A DNA stretch of 64,000 bases from Eledone cirrhosa (Eukaryota). A model generated the notes under the pieces. The model was not told the origin of the DNA and did no database searches. It worked only from the letters and a program-made list of their open reading frames with translations. Each line of letters begins with the position of its first letter. The first letter of the stretch is position 1. A program made the position numbers and the translations under genes. Positions 27,392 to 39,576 of this stretch are shown piece by piece. The stretch is taken from the NCBI GenBank assembly GCA_964016885.1, contig OZ024753.1:43214001-43278000 (forward strand), written 5' to 3'.

Positions 27392-27930
27392 TATACACAT
27401 ATATATATATATATATATATACATATATATACACATATATATATATATATATATATACATACATATATTTACATATATATATATATATATATACATATTT
27501 TTGGGATTCGAAACCGATCGGTAAAGGTAACTATAGTAGGTAAAGTCAATTTTTTAAAATTTATTTTGAAACTTTTTCATTATTTGCTAAACCTTGTTTA
27601 TATATGTTCTGGCTCGTTAATTTATTAACCTGCCATTGAACCACATTGGCATTTGGTTGGACAATACATGCGTCCCTTAGCGCCTTATGCGTGAAGGAAC
27701 ACATATCCTATTATTACTACTCTCCGCTATTGTTGAGAGACAAATTGGGTTGTTCCGACTGCTGCTAGTGATAGTTGCGGCCGGTTTGACCTACCTCCCT
27801 CTGCCTCTATCTTTACTTCGGCCCTTGAAAAAATTGATTCCACTTCATTCACTCTCATCTCAGGAACAGTTTTGGATAGCGCTAGTTCGTAATTTAAATT
27901 CAAGAATTTTATATTCTTCGAATGAAAAGA

Positions 27931-28013
27931 ACCTTCTGACGAGAATCTTTCTTTGCAACGAAGGCCGTATGGTCTCCGTTTATTTTTGGGATTCGAAACC
28001 GATCGGTAAAGGT
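27931..28013 (+). ncRNA. Type I hammerhead ribozyme, complete, with predicted cleavage after GUA at 28008
   Basis: Stem I ACCUU/AAGGU, CUGACGA (27936-27942), stem II GAAUCUU/GGGAUUC with an extended loop, GAAA (27995-27998), palindromic stem III ACCGAUCGGU. Confidence 0.85.
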
Positions 28014-28415
28014 AACTATAGTAGGTAAAGTCAATTTTTTAAAATTTATTTTGAAACTTTTTCATTATTTGCTAAACCTTGTTTATATATGTTCTGGCTC
28101 GTTAATTTATTAACCTGCCATTGAACCACATTGGCATTTGGTTGGACAATACATGCGTCCCTTAGCGCCTTATGCGTGAAGGAACACATATCCTATTATT
28201 ACTACTCTCCGCTATTGTTGAGAGACAAATTGGGTTGTTCCGACTGCTGCTAGTGATAGTTGCGGCCGGTTTGACCTACCTCCCTCTGCCTCTATCTTTA
28301 CTTCGGCCCTTGAAAAAATTGATTCCACTTCATTCACTCTCATCTCAGGAACAGTTTTGGATAGCGCTAGTTCGTAATTTAAATTCAAGAATTTTATATT
28401 CTTCGAATGAAAAGA

Positions 28416-28498
28416 ACCTTCTGACGAGAATCTTTCTTTGCAACGAAGGCCGTATGGTCTCCGTTTATTTTTGGGATTCGAAACCGATCGGTAAAGGT
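28416..28498 (+). ncRNA. Type I hammerhead ribozyme, second identical copy, with predicted cleavage after 28493
   Basis: Same sequence as 27931-28013, shifted by 485 bp. Confidence 0.85.
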
Positions 28499-28575
28499 AA
28501 CTATAGTAGGTAAAGTCAATTTTTTAAAATTTATTTTGAAACTTTTTCATTATTTGCTAAACCTTGTTTATATAT

Positions 28576-28601
28576 ATACATACATATATTTACATATGTA
28601 T

Positions 28602-28654
<53 letters not shown>

Positions 28655-29379
28655 CATACATATACTTACATATGTATGTTTATACATGTATATACATATA
28701 TATATACATACATATACTTACATATGTATATATGTGTATATATATACATAAGTATATGTATGTATATATGTGTGTGTACATATATATATGTGTGTATACA
28801 TATATGTGTATATACATATATATGTGTATATACATATATATGTGTGTATATACATATATATGTGTGTATATACATATATATGTGTGTATATACATATATA
28901 TGTGTGTATATACATATATATATATGTGTATACATATATATATATGTGTATACATATATATATATGTGTATACATATATATATATGTGTATACATATATA
29001 TATATGTGTATACATATATATATATGTGTATACATATATATATATGTGTATACATATATATGTGTATACATATATATATATGTATACATATATATATATG
29101 TTTATACATATATATATATATGTGTATACATATATATATATATATATGTGTATACATATATATATATATGTGTATACATATATATATATATATATGTGTA
29201 TACATATATATATATATATGTGTATACATATATATATATATATGTGTATACATATATATATATATATGTGTATACATATACATATATGTATATATACATA
29301 CATATACATACACGTGTATATATATATATATATATACATACATATACATATATATATATACATATATGTATATATACAC

Positions 29380-29411
<32 letters not shown>
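28576..29411. repeat. (TA)n/tgtatacata compound microsatellite
   Basis: Direct inspection. A similar tract lies at 27175-27495. Confidence 0.95.
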
Positions 29412-29414
<3 letters not shown>

Positions 29415-29847
29415 ACGAGGATAGATTCTACTTGGTTAAACCTGTCTGGATCGCTATTTGGATTAAAGGTACGGCACAGTGCTGTCCATAGCGCCAAAAA
29501 TGAAATCAATTATTTAACCCTGATTGATTGATAAGAGCCAATATTTTCATTTTGCTGAAGATAACATGAGGCTTATTGGCAAACAGACTGTAAGAAGTAA
29601 GAGAGAGAATCTCAACAACACTGTCTGACAATAAAGACTAAAGATTCCACAACCATATTGTTGTGGTCGTGGTCGTGGTCGTTGTTGTTGTTGTTTCAGT
29701 TTGGGGAACTAGAATAGAAAAGCAATTTTATTGTTGTAATATTCTTTCAAATGTTATTATATGAACATTGGAGGTAGAGAGATAGATATATATATATATA
29801 GAGAGAGATATTTTGGAGGTAGATAGATAGATGGATATATATATATG

Positions 29848-30092
29848 GAAGACACTTTATTTCACATTGCTCCAGTTTACTCAGCTGTAGAAATGAGATG
29901 ATAGGGACTGGGGTCCCTATCATTCCACTGCAAAGTGGTCGTGGAGGTGCCATGGCAAAAAAGCACCCAGTACTCACTGTAAATGAGGTTGGTGTTAGGA
30001 AGGGCATCCAGCTGTAGAATTCAAGCCAGAATCAGTTCCCGTCCCACCCTTGCAAGCAGGGAAAAAGCGGACGTAAAATGAAATGATGATGA
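29848..30092 (+). mobile_element. SINE family B', 5'-truncated
   Basis: Starts in the CORE-like segment and ends in the RTE-type tail plus (gat)n. Confidence 0.85.
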
Positions 30093-30149
30093 TAGATAGT
30101 TGGATAAGTAGATAGGTAGATATAAAGATAGACAGGTTGGTGTGTGTGT

Positions 30150-30189
<40 letters not shown>

Positions 30190-30230
30190 GACATATTAAC
30201 AAATGGAAACTATATTTATAAAACCATATT

Positions 30231-30295
30231 TATTTCATTATACATATTTCAAGGACACCAAGTTAAATTATGGTGTGCTTTCATCAGATAAAATA
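30231..30295 (-). ncRNA. Type I hammerhead ribozyme, family B
   Basis: Minus strand reads UAUUUUAU-CUGAUGA-AAG.C.ACACCA/UGGUGU.C.CUU-GAA-AUAUGUAU-A-AUGAAAUA. Confidence 0.8.
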
Positions 30296-30468
30296 TAATA
30301 TAGATCAGTTTTATAAAGAATGTGACCATTTCTGTTGGAAGCTCCCGGATATATATATATATATATATATAGATTTTGAGTATATGTTGGTTGTATACCA
30401 ACACCTCAGTATGCAGGCTGGAGCACTCGACGAAGTGCGCAGGTTGGTTTGGTTACTCCGGAGTAATG

Positions 30469-30575
30469 TAAAATAAAGTTAAATAAAAAGTCAAATGTTT
30501 AAAATTTAGCTTCGTTTATTATATATAGCAGTAATAAACGAATCTAAATTTTAAACATTTGACTTTTTATTTAAT

Positions 30576-30584
<9 letters not shown>
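30469..30584. repeat. AT-rich fold-back inverted repeat
   Basis: Arms of about 52 bp (aaataaaaagtcaaatgtttaaaatttag / ctaaattttaaacatttgactttttattt), ending in (TA)n. Confidence 0.85.
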
Positions 30585-30617
<33 letters not shown>

Positions 30618-31239
30618 ATTATTACTACTATGTAGGTATATAGATCATTAAATATATAAAGAAATAGGTAGGTAGATATAAAAGTTCTGAAATGTTAGTG
30701 GGAGTAGGGGGGGGGGGGGTAAGAAAGACAAGGAGAAAAAAGAAAAAAGTGGAGTTAAAAAAATTAAGGAGAGAGAAATGAAAAGTAAAGAAATATTTGG
30801 AGAGGAGGGAAGAGGCTGTGGTGAGGAGGAGAGGGATAAGTGGAGAGAGAGAAGAGAGATGGAGCGAAGGAAGATAAGTGAAGATAAATATATGGAGAGG
30901 GAGAGAGAGAGAGGTGAGATGGAAAATGATTTCCAAATCCAATGCAAGAGATTGACAGAAAGATAAAGAGGGTAAAGAAGAGAAAGAGGGAGAGAGAGGG
31001 AGAGAGAGGGAGAGAGAGAGAGAGAGAGAGAGAAGGGGTGTGGGTGGCAAAAGAGTAAGAGGGGTGGGGTTAACAGTATGAAGTGTGTCGAAGATAAAAG
31101 AATAGATTTGGAGTAAAGGAACATGAAGAAAGACATGCAATATAGACAGGAGGGGGTAAAACCTTAGAAGATGGGCTTGGGAGTGAAAGTTATTTCTAAT
31201 AAACAAATATATCACTACAAACTGTTATTCTCAGTAATA

Positions 31240-31830
31240 TCATCACCACCACCACCACCACCACCATCATCACCATCACCACCCCCACCATCACCACCCC
31301 CACCATCATCACCCCCACCATCACCACCCCCACCATCACCACCCCCACCATCACCACCCCCACCATCACCACCACCACCACCATCACCACCATCACCACT
31401 ATCACCACCATCACCACCATCACCACCATCACCACCATCACCACTATCACCACTATCACCACTATCACCACTATCACCACTATCACCACTATCACCACCA
31501 TCACCACCATCACCACCATCACCACCATCACCACCATCACCACCATCACCACCATCACCACCATCACCACCATCACCACCATCACCACCATCACCACTAT
31601 CACCACCATCACCACTATCACCACCATCACCACTATCACCACTATCACCATCATCATCAACACCACCACCATCATCACCCCCACCATCATCACCCCCCCA
31701 CCATCACCACCACCACCATCACCACCACCACCATCACCACCACCACCATCACCACCTCCACCACCACCTCCACCATCACCACCACCATCACCACCACCAC
31801 CACCACCACCACCACCACCACCACCACCAC
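31240..31830. repeat. (CCA/TCA)n trinucleotide compound repeat
   Basis: Direct inspection. Confidence 0.95.
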
Positions 31831-31837
31831 TCTCATT

Positions 31838-32441
31838 GAAATGGTGGAATCGGTAGAACATTGGACAAAATACTTTGCAGTATTTAGTTACGTCCCTTTA
31901 CGTTCTGAGTTCAAATCCCGCCAAGGTTGACTTTGCCTTTCATCCTTACGGGGTCGATAAAATAAAGTACCAGTAATGCACTGGGGTTGATAGACTAAAG
32001 TACCAGTAATGCACTGGGGGTTGATAGACTAAAGTACCAGTAATGCACTGGGGGTTGATAGACTAAAGTACCAGTAATGCACTGGGGTCGATAGACTAAA
32101 GTACCAGTAATGCACTGGGGTCGATAGACTAAAGTACCAGTAATGCACTGGGGTCGATAGACTAAAGTACCAGTAATGCACTGGGGTCGATAGACTAAAG
32201 TACCAGTAATGCACTGGGGTCGATAGACTAAAGTACCAGTAATGCACTGGGGTCGATAGACTAAAGTACCAGTAATGCACTGGGGTTGATAGACTAAAGT
32301 ACCAGTGATGCACTGGGGTTGATAGACTAAAGTACCAGTGATGCACTGGGGTTGATAGACTAAAGTACCAGTGATACACTGGGGTTGATTTAATCAACTT
32401 TCCCTTTAAATTGCTGGCCTTGTGCCTAAAGTAGAAACAAT
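31838..32441 (+). mobile_element. SINE A with an internal 33-bp segment amplified about 13 times
   Basis: SINE head at 31838-31960, unit aaagtaccagtaatgcactggggtcgatagact, and SINE tail resuming at about 32390. Confidence 0.85.
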
Positions 32442-32527
32442 TGCTGCTGCTGCTGCTGTTGGTCTATCGTCTCACATCTAACCAGATACAAGGTAAACTA
32501 CTACAGTTTATCTTTTATCTGTACACA

Positions 32528-32992
32528 CTCTCTTCCTCTCTCTACCTCTCTCTTCCCCTCTCTCTTCCCCTCTCTCTTCCCCTCTCTCTTCCCCTCTCTC
32601 TTCCCCTCTCTCTTCCCCTCTCTCTTCCCCTCTCTCTTCCCCTCTCTCTACCTCTCTCTACCTCTCTCTACCTCTCTCTACCTCTCTCTTCCTCTCTCTT
32701 CCTCTCTCTTCCTCTCTCTTCCTCTCTCTTCCTCTCTCTTCCTCTCTCTTCCTCTCTCTTCCTCTCTCTTCCTCTCTCTTCCTCTCTCTTCCTCTCTCTT
32801 CCTCTCTCTACCTCTCTCTTACTCTCTCTACCTCTCTCTTACTCTCTCTACCTCTCTCTACCTCTCTCTTCCTCTCTCTTCCTCTCTCTACCTCTCTCTA
32901 CCTCTCTCTACCTCTCTCTTCCTCTCTCTACCTCTCTCTTCCTCTCTCTACCTCTCTCTTCCCCTCTCTCTACCTCTCTCTTCCTCTCTCTC
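32528..32992. repeat. CT-rich 10-12 bp repeat
   Basis: Direct inspection. Confidence 0.9.
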
Positions 32993-33299
32993 AAGTCTTT
33001 TATCTGTTCACTATATCATGGTTCCCTCTCCCTCCTTCCCCCTTCCCCCTCTCCGTCTCTCCCTCACTATCCCCTCCCTCTCCCCTAACCACCCCTCTCA
33101 TACCCCCCTCTCCGTACCCCCCCCCCCCCCTAATCTCCCTCTCCCCACCCACCCCTCTTCATCTCACCTATTCTGTGAGCCTGTCTCTCTGTCATTCTCT
33201 CCCCCAGTCAATGGCTTTCCTCTTATATTCAGTTATGTACCTGTGTGTATAGGCCCTAACATATGTATATTTATGTGCATACCTGTTGCTCTATGTATG

Positions 33300-33431
33300 T
33301 GCACATATATGAATATGTATATATGTTTGTATAGAAATATAGCTGTGTGTGTATACATATATATATACACACATTTATATATATATATGTGTATGGATAT
33401 GTATGTATAGAAATATAGCTCTGTATGTGTG

Positions 33432-33464
<33 letters not shown>

Positions 33465-33899
33465 ATGTATAGATATGTATAAATATGTTTGTATATATAT
33501 ATATGTATGGATATGTATATATATGTTTGTATAGAAATATAACTATGTATATGTATGTATATATATATGTATATATGTATGTATATATATATATATATGT
33601 ATGTATGTATATATATATGTATGTATATATATATGTATGTATATATATATGTATGTATGTATGTATATATATATGTATGTATATATATATGTATGTATAT
33701 ATATATATATGTATGTATATATATATATATGTATGTATATATATATATATGTATGTATATATATATATATGTATGTATATATATATATATGTATGTATAT
33801 ATATATATATATGTATGTATATATATATATATATGTATGTATATATATATATGTATGTATATATATATATATGTATGTATATATATATATATATATATG

Positions 33900-33942
<43 letters not shown>

Positions 33943-34183
33943 ATATATATATATATATATGTATGTATATATATATATATATATATGTATGTATATATAT
34001 ATATATATATATGTATGTATATATATATATATATGTATGTATATATATATATATATGTATGTATATATATATATATATATGTATGTATATATATATATGT
34101 ATATGTATGTATGTATATATATATGTATATGTATGTATGTATATATATATATATATGTATATGTATGTATGTATATATATATG

Positions 34184-34215
<32 letters not shown>

Positions 34216-34289
34216 TATATATATGTATGTATGTGTGTATGTATATATATATATATATGTATGTATATATATATATATATATATGTATG

Positions 34290-34322
<33 letters not shown>

Positions 34323-34419
34323 ATGTATATATATATATATATGTATGTATATATATATACATACATATGTATGTATATATATATATATATATGTATGTAT
34401 ATATATATACATACATATG

Positions 34420-34451
<32 letters not shown>

Positions 34452-34687
34452 TACATACATATGTATGTATGTATATATATATGTATATATATATACATAC
34501 ATATGTATGTATGTATATATATATATATGTATGTATATATATATACATACATATGTATGTATGTATATATATATGTATATATATATACATACATATGTAT
34601 GTATGTATATATATATATATGTATGTATATATATATATATGTATGTATATATATATATATATATGTATGTATATATATATATATATG

Positions 34688-34719
<32 letters not shown>

Positions 34720-35017
34720 TATATATGTATGTATGTATATATATGTATGTATGTATATATATATATGTATGTATATATATATATGTATGTATGTATATAT
34801 ATATATGTATGTATATATATATATATATATGTATGTATATATATATATATATGTATGTATGTATATATATATATGTATGTATATATATATATATATGTAT
34901 GTATGTATATATATATATGTATGTATATATATATATATGTATGTATGTATGTATATATATATATGTATGTATATATATATATATATATGTATGTATATAT
35001 ATATATATATATGTATG

Positions 35018-35048
<31 letters not shown>

Positions 35049-35210
35049 GTATATATATGTATGTATGTATATATATATATATATGTATGTATATATATAT
35101 ACATACATATGTATGTATGTATATATATATATATGTATGTATGTATATATATATATATGTATGTATATATATGTGTGTATGTATATATATAAATATATAC
35201 ACACACATGC
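33300..35210. repeat. (TATG/TA)n compound microsatellite
   Basis: Direct inspection. Confidence 0.95.
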
Positions 35211-35484
35211 ATAATATATGCTATCTTCGTACGCATCCTAGTTTCTTGTTAAGATACAGTGATAGAGTGATTATTGGCAGGCAGCAAGTCTAATCCTTTG
35301 ATCTCACTTTCAAAATCATGAACAGAATAGAATGTTTTAAGATGGATTCCATATGATTTCTGTAACAAATATCCCTGTCAAACATCATTGGCTGATTCAA
35401 TATGGTTTGTACTTGGCTGTTATGAAACTCCAACCTAATCAACATCATCACTATCAGTAGTTGCTCATATTATTGGTAATAATA

Positions 35485-36215
35485 GAGTTCAAATCCCGCC
35501 GAGGTTTACTTTGCCTTTCATCCTTACGAGGCTGATAAAATAAAGTACCAGTAATGAACTGGGTAATTGCTGGCCTTGTGCCTAAAGTAGAAACAATTAT
35601 TGGTAATAAAGGCATCGAATTGGCAGTATCGGTAGAGGGTTGGACACCATGCTGGGGCGGGGGGATTGGCAGTATCGGTAGAGGGTTGGACACCATGCTG
35701 GGGCGGGGGGATTGGCAGTATCGGTAGAGGGTTGGACACCATGCTGGGGCGGGGGGATTGGCAGTATCGGTAGAGGGTTGGACACCATGCTGGGGCGGGG
35801 GGATTGGCAGTATCGGTAGAGGGTTGGACACCATGCTGGGGCGGGGGGATTGGCAGTATCGGTAGAGGGTTGGACACCATGCTGGGGCAGGGGGATTGGC
35901 AGTATCGGTAGAGGGTTGGACACCATGCTGGGGCGGGGGGATTGGCAGTATCGGTAGAGGGTTGGACACCATGCTGGGGCGGGGGGATTGGCAGTATCGG
36001 TAGAGGGTTGGACACCATGCTGGGGCGGGGGGATTGGCAGTATCGGTAGAGGGTTGGACACCATGCTTTCTGGCATAGTTACATCCCTTAACGATCTGAT
36101 TTCAAATCCCCATGAGATTAACTTTGCCTTTAATCCTTACGGGGTCGATAAAATAAAGTACCAGTAATGTACTGGGTAATTGTTGGCCTTGTGCCTAAAG
36201 TAGAAACAATTATTG
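35485..36215 (+). mobile_element. Two tandem SINE A copies, the second with its 46-bp head amplified about 10 times
   Basis: Unit ggattggcagtatcggtagagggttggacaccatgctggggcgggg (35618-36066), followed by a normal SINE body. Confidence 0.85.
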
Positions 36216-37443
36216 GTAATAAGGAAGGAAAAGTTGATTGATAGATCGGACGAGTGAAAATGTTTCCATTGCTGCTGCTATTTGCTGGACACAATGTCTG
36301 GTAGAAGAAAGGTGATTGTCAGATCGGACCAGGGAGACAGTGTTTCCTTGGGTCTTTCTATTGCTGCTGCTATCTGCTGGTCACAACATCTGGCAGAAGG
36401 AAGAATATGAAAACAAAATGTTTTGCTAAATAACATGTGTAACCCTGTCCAGGAATCAATCCCACAACCTTATAATTATGGATCCTAAACACTCACCACT
36501 GAACAGTTAAATCTTCTCTATTTACTACCACTGTTTGTTTTTTCTTTCTATCTAACTATTATACATTAAGGTCCTGGAGAGGAGATGGGCTCTGCCAGGT
36601 TTAAAAATACCCTAGAAATGCTTTGTCAATACAGTGACCCTACGACACTCTCACGTGGCCTAATAGTTAGTGTGTATTTCTCATGATCACAAGACCGTGT
36701 GTTTGGTTACAAAGTCAATAGAAATATGAATGAAAACATAATTTCTTTGAACTGATATAATGAATGGTTTCTTGTCTATTTCTTTCTTTGTTTCTTCCTT
36801 TCTTTGGAATGGATGCCAACCTAAGATAGGCAACATTCCTAGAGTGTAAATCCTTTGGATGTATCTTGTAAACATACTTAATCTGGCTGAAACAAGAGTT
36901 ATCAAAATTCTGTTAGTCCAATTACTGATCACATCCTCTCATTAACTTGGGTTGTAACCTTAAGCAGTTTTTTTGCATCAGACTCAGTAAATTCATATCC
37001 ATATAATAGCTTATGTCATCTACTGTGAGGATTAATGACAAGAAATGTGCTTTTTCTGCTGTGTAAGCTGCAAGGCATTTTAGAGGATAAAATTATAGTT
37101 AATACTGGGAATAAGAATGGTAAATCTTTCAAGCAAAAATAGTATTCTTCTGCCTGAAAACATGTTTATTTTGCTTTTGATATCTATTTCATCCAACATA
37201 GTTTATCTGCAATTGTTTCAAAAGAAATGATCATTTAGATACACCTAACTTCCAAACATAAAACAGATGTTTTTGATACTTTAATATAAACTTATTTCTC
37301 GAGAAAATGTCAAACGTAACAGTTTGAAGAAATTCCAGGTTCCATAATTTTTTTTTTTTATTAAGATATAAATAAACAACAACTATGATAAAACAAAACA
37401 AAACAAAACAAAAAACATTGCCTTAACTGCTTTGAAACTAAAC

Positions 37444-37622
37444 AATTGTTTCTACTTTAGACACAAGGCCAGCAATTTGAAGGAGATGGGAAAGTCAATT
37501 AAATTGACCACAGTGTGTGACTGGTACTTTATTCTATCAACCCCGTAAGGATGAAAGGCAAAGCTAACCTCGGCAGGATTTGAACTCAGAACGTAAAGAG
37601 TTGTAACTACATGCCACAAAGC
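37444..37622 (-). mobile_element. SINE A copy
   Basis: Conserved body and tail motifs. Confidence 0.8.
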
Positions 37623-37754
37623 AAGTAGTTTTTTGCAATAAAGAGGCCCCTGCCTATCTGAGATGTCGGTAGTTTTGATTACAAATTGGCTTGGTCTTTA
37701 TCAGCCCCTCTAACCCATGCTAGCAGGGAAAATGTATTTTTAAATTATTAAACT

Positions 37755-38008
37755 GAATATTAAGAATCGGAAAAGAACCAGATTTGTGGGACACATTTGG
37801 AGAACAAAGAATGAAATTGTCAGCAATGTTCTGCTATGGGCACCAAGGCACTGACATCCTAACGTGGGCAGATCTGACAGAACCTACATCAAACAGCTGT
37901 GAGGAAGCTGAATGTAATCTGAAGGACCTGCAACGAGCAATGGATGGCAGTCAGGGGGGAGGAGGAGTTGTGGTGATCTGTGCAAACAGCATGCCAAGAT
38001 GATGATGA
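37755..38008 (+). pseudogene. RTE/RTE-X-type LINE 3' fragment with (gat)n tail
   Basis: Translates RTRFVGHIWRTKNEIVSNVLLWAPRH*HPNVGRSDRTYIKQL, then after a frameshift EEAECNLKDLQRAMD. Confidence 0.8.
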
Positions 38009-38381
38009 GAAATGGAATAAGAACAACATAACTGGTAGAACAGAACAAAACAAGTTATACACATATATTTTCTTCAGCAAATGAACAACAATAATCCTTA
38101 GAGAGAGGAGAGGGGTAAAAAATATCTAGTTCAAAGAACTGTGAAGTGAAATTAAATCTGAAGCTACTAAAATAAATTAGTTTATAAGACATGACAGAAA
38201 AGATTTAATCTTGCTGTTTATCCTTGCCTGAAGGATGTCTGAGACTATAAAATAGATATAAAAAAAATATATACATACTAGGTATTCTGTCTCTTTTTCG
38301 GAAAACTATTGACTTTTCATTTGAATTGCATTTTTCTTCTTGCTAGAATGAGTTGCATATGCCAAAATATTTAAATATATA

Positions 38382-38573
38382 CCGTATATACTTGAACATA
38401 AGGAATATCTGACCAAAAAAAATCAATGATAAAATGGGAGGAGGTTGGCCATCTAAACAATGTGTTGATTAGCTGCCTCGGTTTATAAATGGGGTTTGTA
38501 TTTTCGCCCTATTTCTCTGACATACAATAGGTGTGTGTGTGGGGGAGGGGAACTTATATTCGACTATATATGG
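38382..38573. mobile_element. Tc1/mariner-pogo-like MITE, complete
   Basis: TA-ccgtatatacttgaacataag ... cttatattcgactatatatgg-TA. Confidence 0.7.
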
Positions 38574-39012
38574 TAAATGTCTCAACAAAAAAATAGACAG
38601 CTGATGATCAATGCTAACACATTTGATACCAAATTGCCGTTGGTTTTATGCAACAAAACCATCTATTTTAAAAGTTTCCTATTTAAACTAAAATCTTTTT
38701 TAATATAAGAACCATGTTAAAATATTATTAACGGCAAGTGAATTATATGTGTCTATCTATGTGTGTGTCTGTGTGTATATCTATGTGTGTGTCTGTGTGT
38801 ATATCTATGTGTGTGTTTGTGTGTATATCTGTGTGTGTCTGTGTGTATATCTGTGTGTGTCTGTGTGTATATCTGTGTGTGTGTCTGTGTGTATATCTAT
38901 GTGTGTGTCTGTGTGTATATCTATGTGTATATCTATGTGTGTGTCTGTGTGTGTGTATATATATATATGTGTGTGTGTCATCATCATACGTCTGCTTGTG
39001 TGTGTATGTATG

Positions 39013-39053
<41 letters not shown>

Positions 39054-39102
39054 CAAAATTTAATATAGAAATGGCTTCTACAGGACTAGAACTATTTTAT
39101 TC

Positions 39103-39149
<47 letters not shown>

Positions 39150-39286
39150 AAGGTTAAATAAGGTTCAATGAATAAATCAAAGAATGAGTTTTACAATAGA
39201 TTGGAAGCACTCAACAGTCGTGGTTTTCCGGAGTTATTAATATTAATTCAAAATATTAACAAAATAGACATTCTTGTGATCAAGTA

Positions 39287-39353
39287 TATTTTATTATACA
39301 TATTTCAGAGGTACTGAGTTAAGTTCAACAGTACGTCCTCATCAGATAAAATA
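39287..39353 (-). ncRNA. Mirror copy of the family B hammerhead
   Basis: Reverse complement of 39467-39533. Confidence 0.8.
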
Positions 39354-39466
39354 AGATGATGCATGACGTACCCTGACATAGTAGATGGTTAAGATTCAGT
39401 CATGGCAGTGACTACCATGACTGAATCTTAACCATCTACTATGTCAGGGTACGTCATGCATCATCT

Positions 39467-39533
39467 TATTTTATCTGATGAGGACGTACTGTTGAACTTA
39501 ACTCAGTACCTCTGAAATATGTATAATAAAATA
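39467..39533 (+). ncRNA. Type I hammerhead ribozyme, family B, with predicted cleavage after 39525
   Basis: UAUUUUAU-CUGAUGA-GGA.C.GUACUG/CAGUAC.C.UCU-GAA-AUAUGUAU-A-AUAAAAUA. Confidence 0.8.
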
Positions 39534-39576
39534 TACTTGATCACAAGAATATCTATTTTGTTAATATTTTGAATTA

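Larger units (their letters stand above)
27496..28575 (+). mobile_element. 485-bp head-to-tail array (2.2 units) of a hammerhead-bearing, PLE-derived non-autonomous element (retrozyme-like), inserted in (TA)n
   Basis: Period 485, shown by identical ORFs at 27687 and 28172. One HHR per unit, GIY-YIG-like residues, and (TA)n on both flanks. Confidence 0.8.

Noticed and set aside
27687-28513. Two identical 113-aa ORFs with a signal-peptide-like N-terminus as a duplicated host gene
   Set aside because: They lie in the tandem HHR element and run through the ribozyme. They are better explained as a frameshifted PLE remnant.
29412-29610. Hammerhead-like fragments (ttgacga-ggatag/ctgtct and ctgaaga...aaacagactgta)
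   Set aside because: The GAAA box is absent in both and too many substitutions are needed.
31171-31839. Pro/Ser/His-rich extensin-like ORF
   Set aside because: Trinucleotide microsatellite with no flanking coding context.
36687-37170. Unique-looking sequence with moderately long frames
   Set aside because: Stops in all frames and no recognisable motif.
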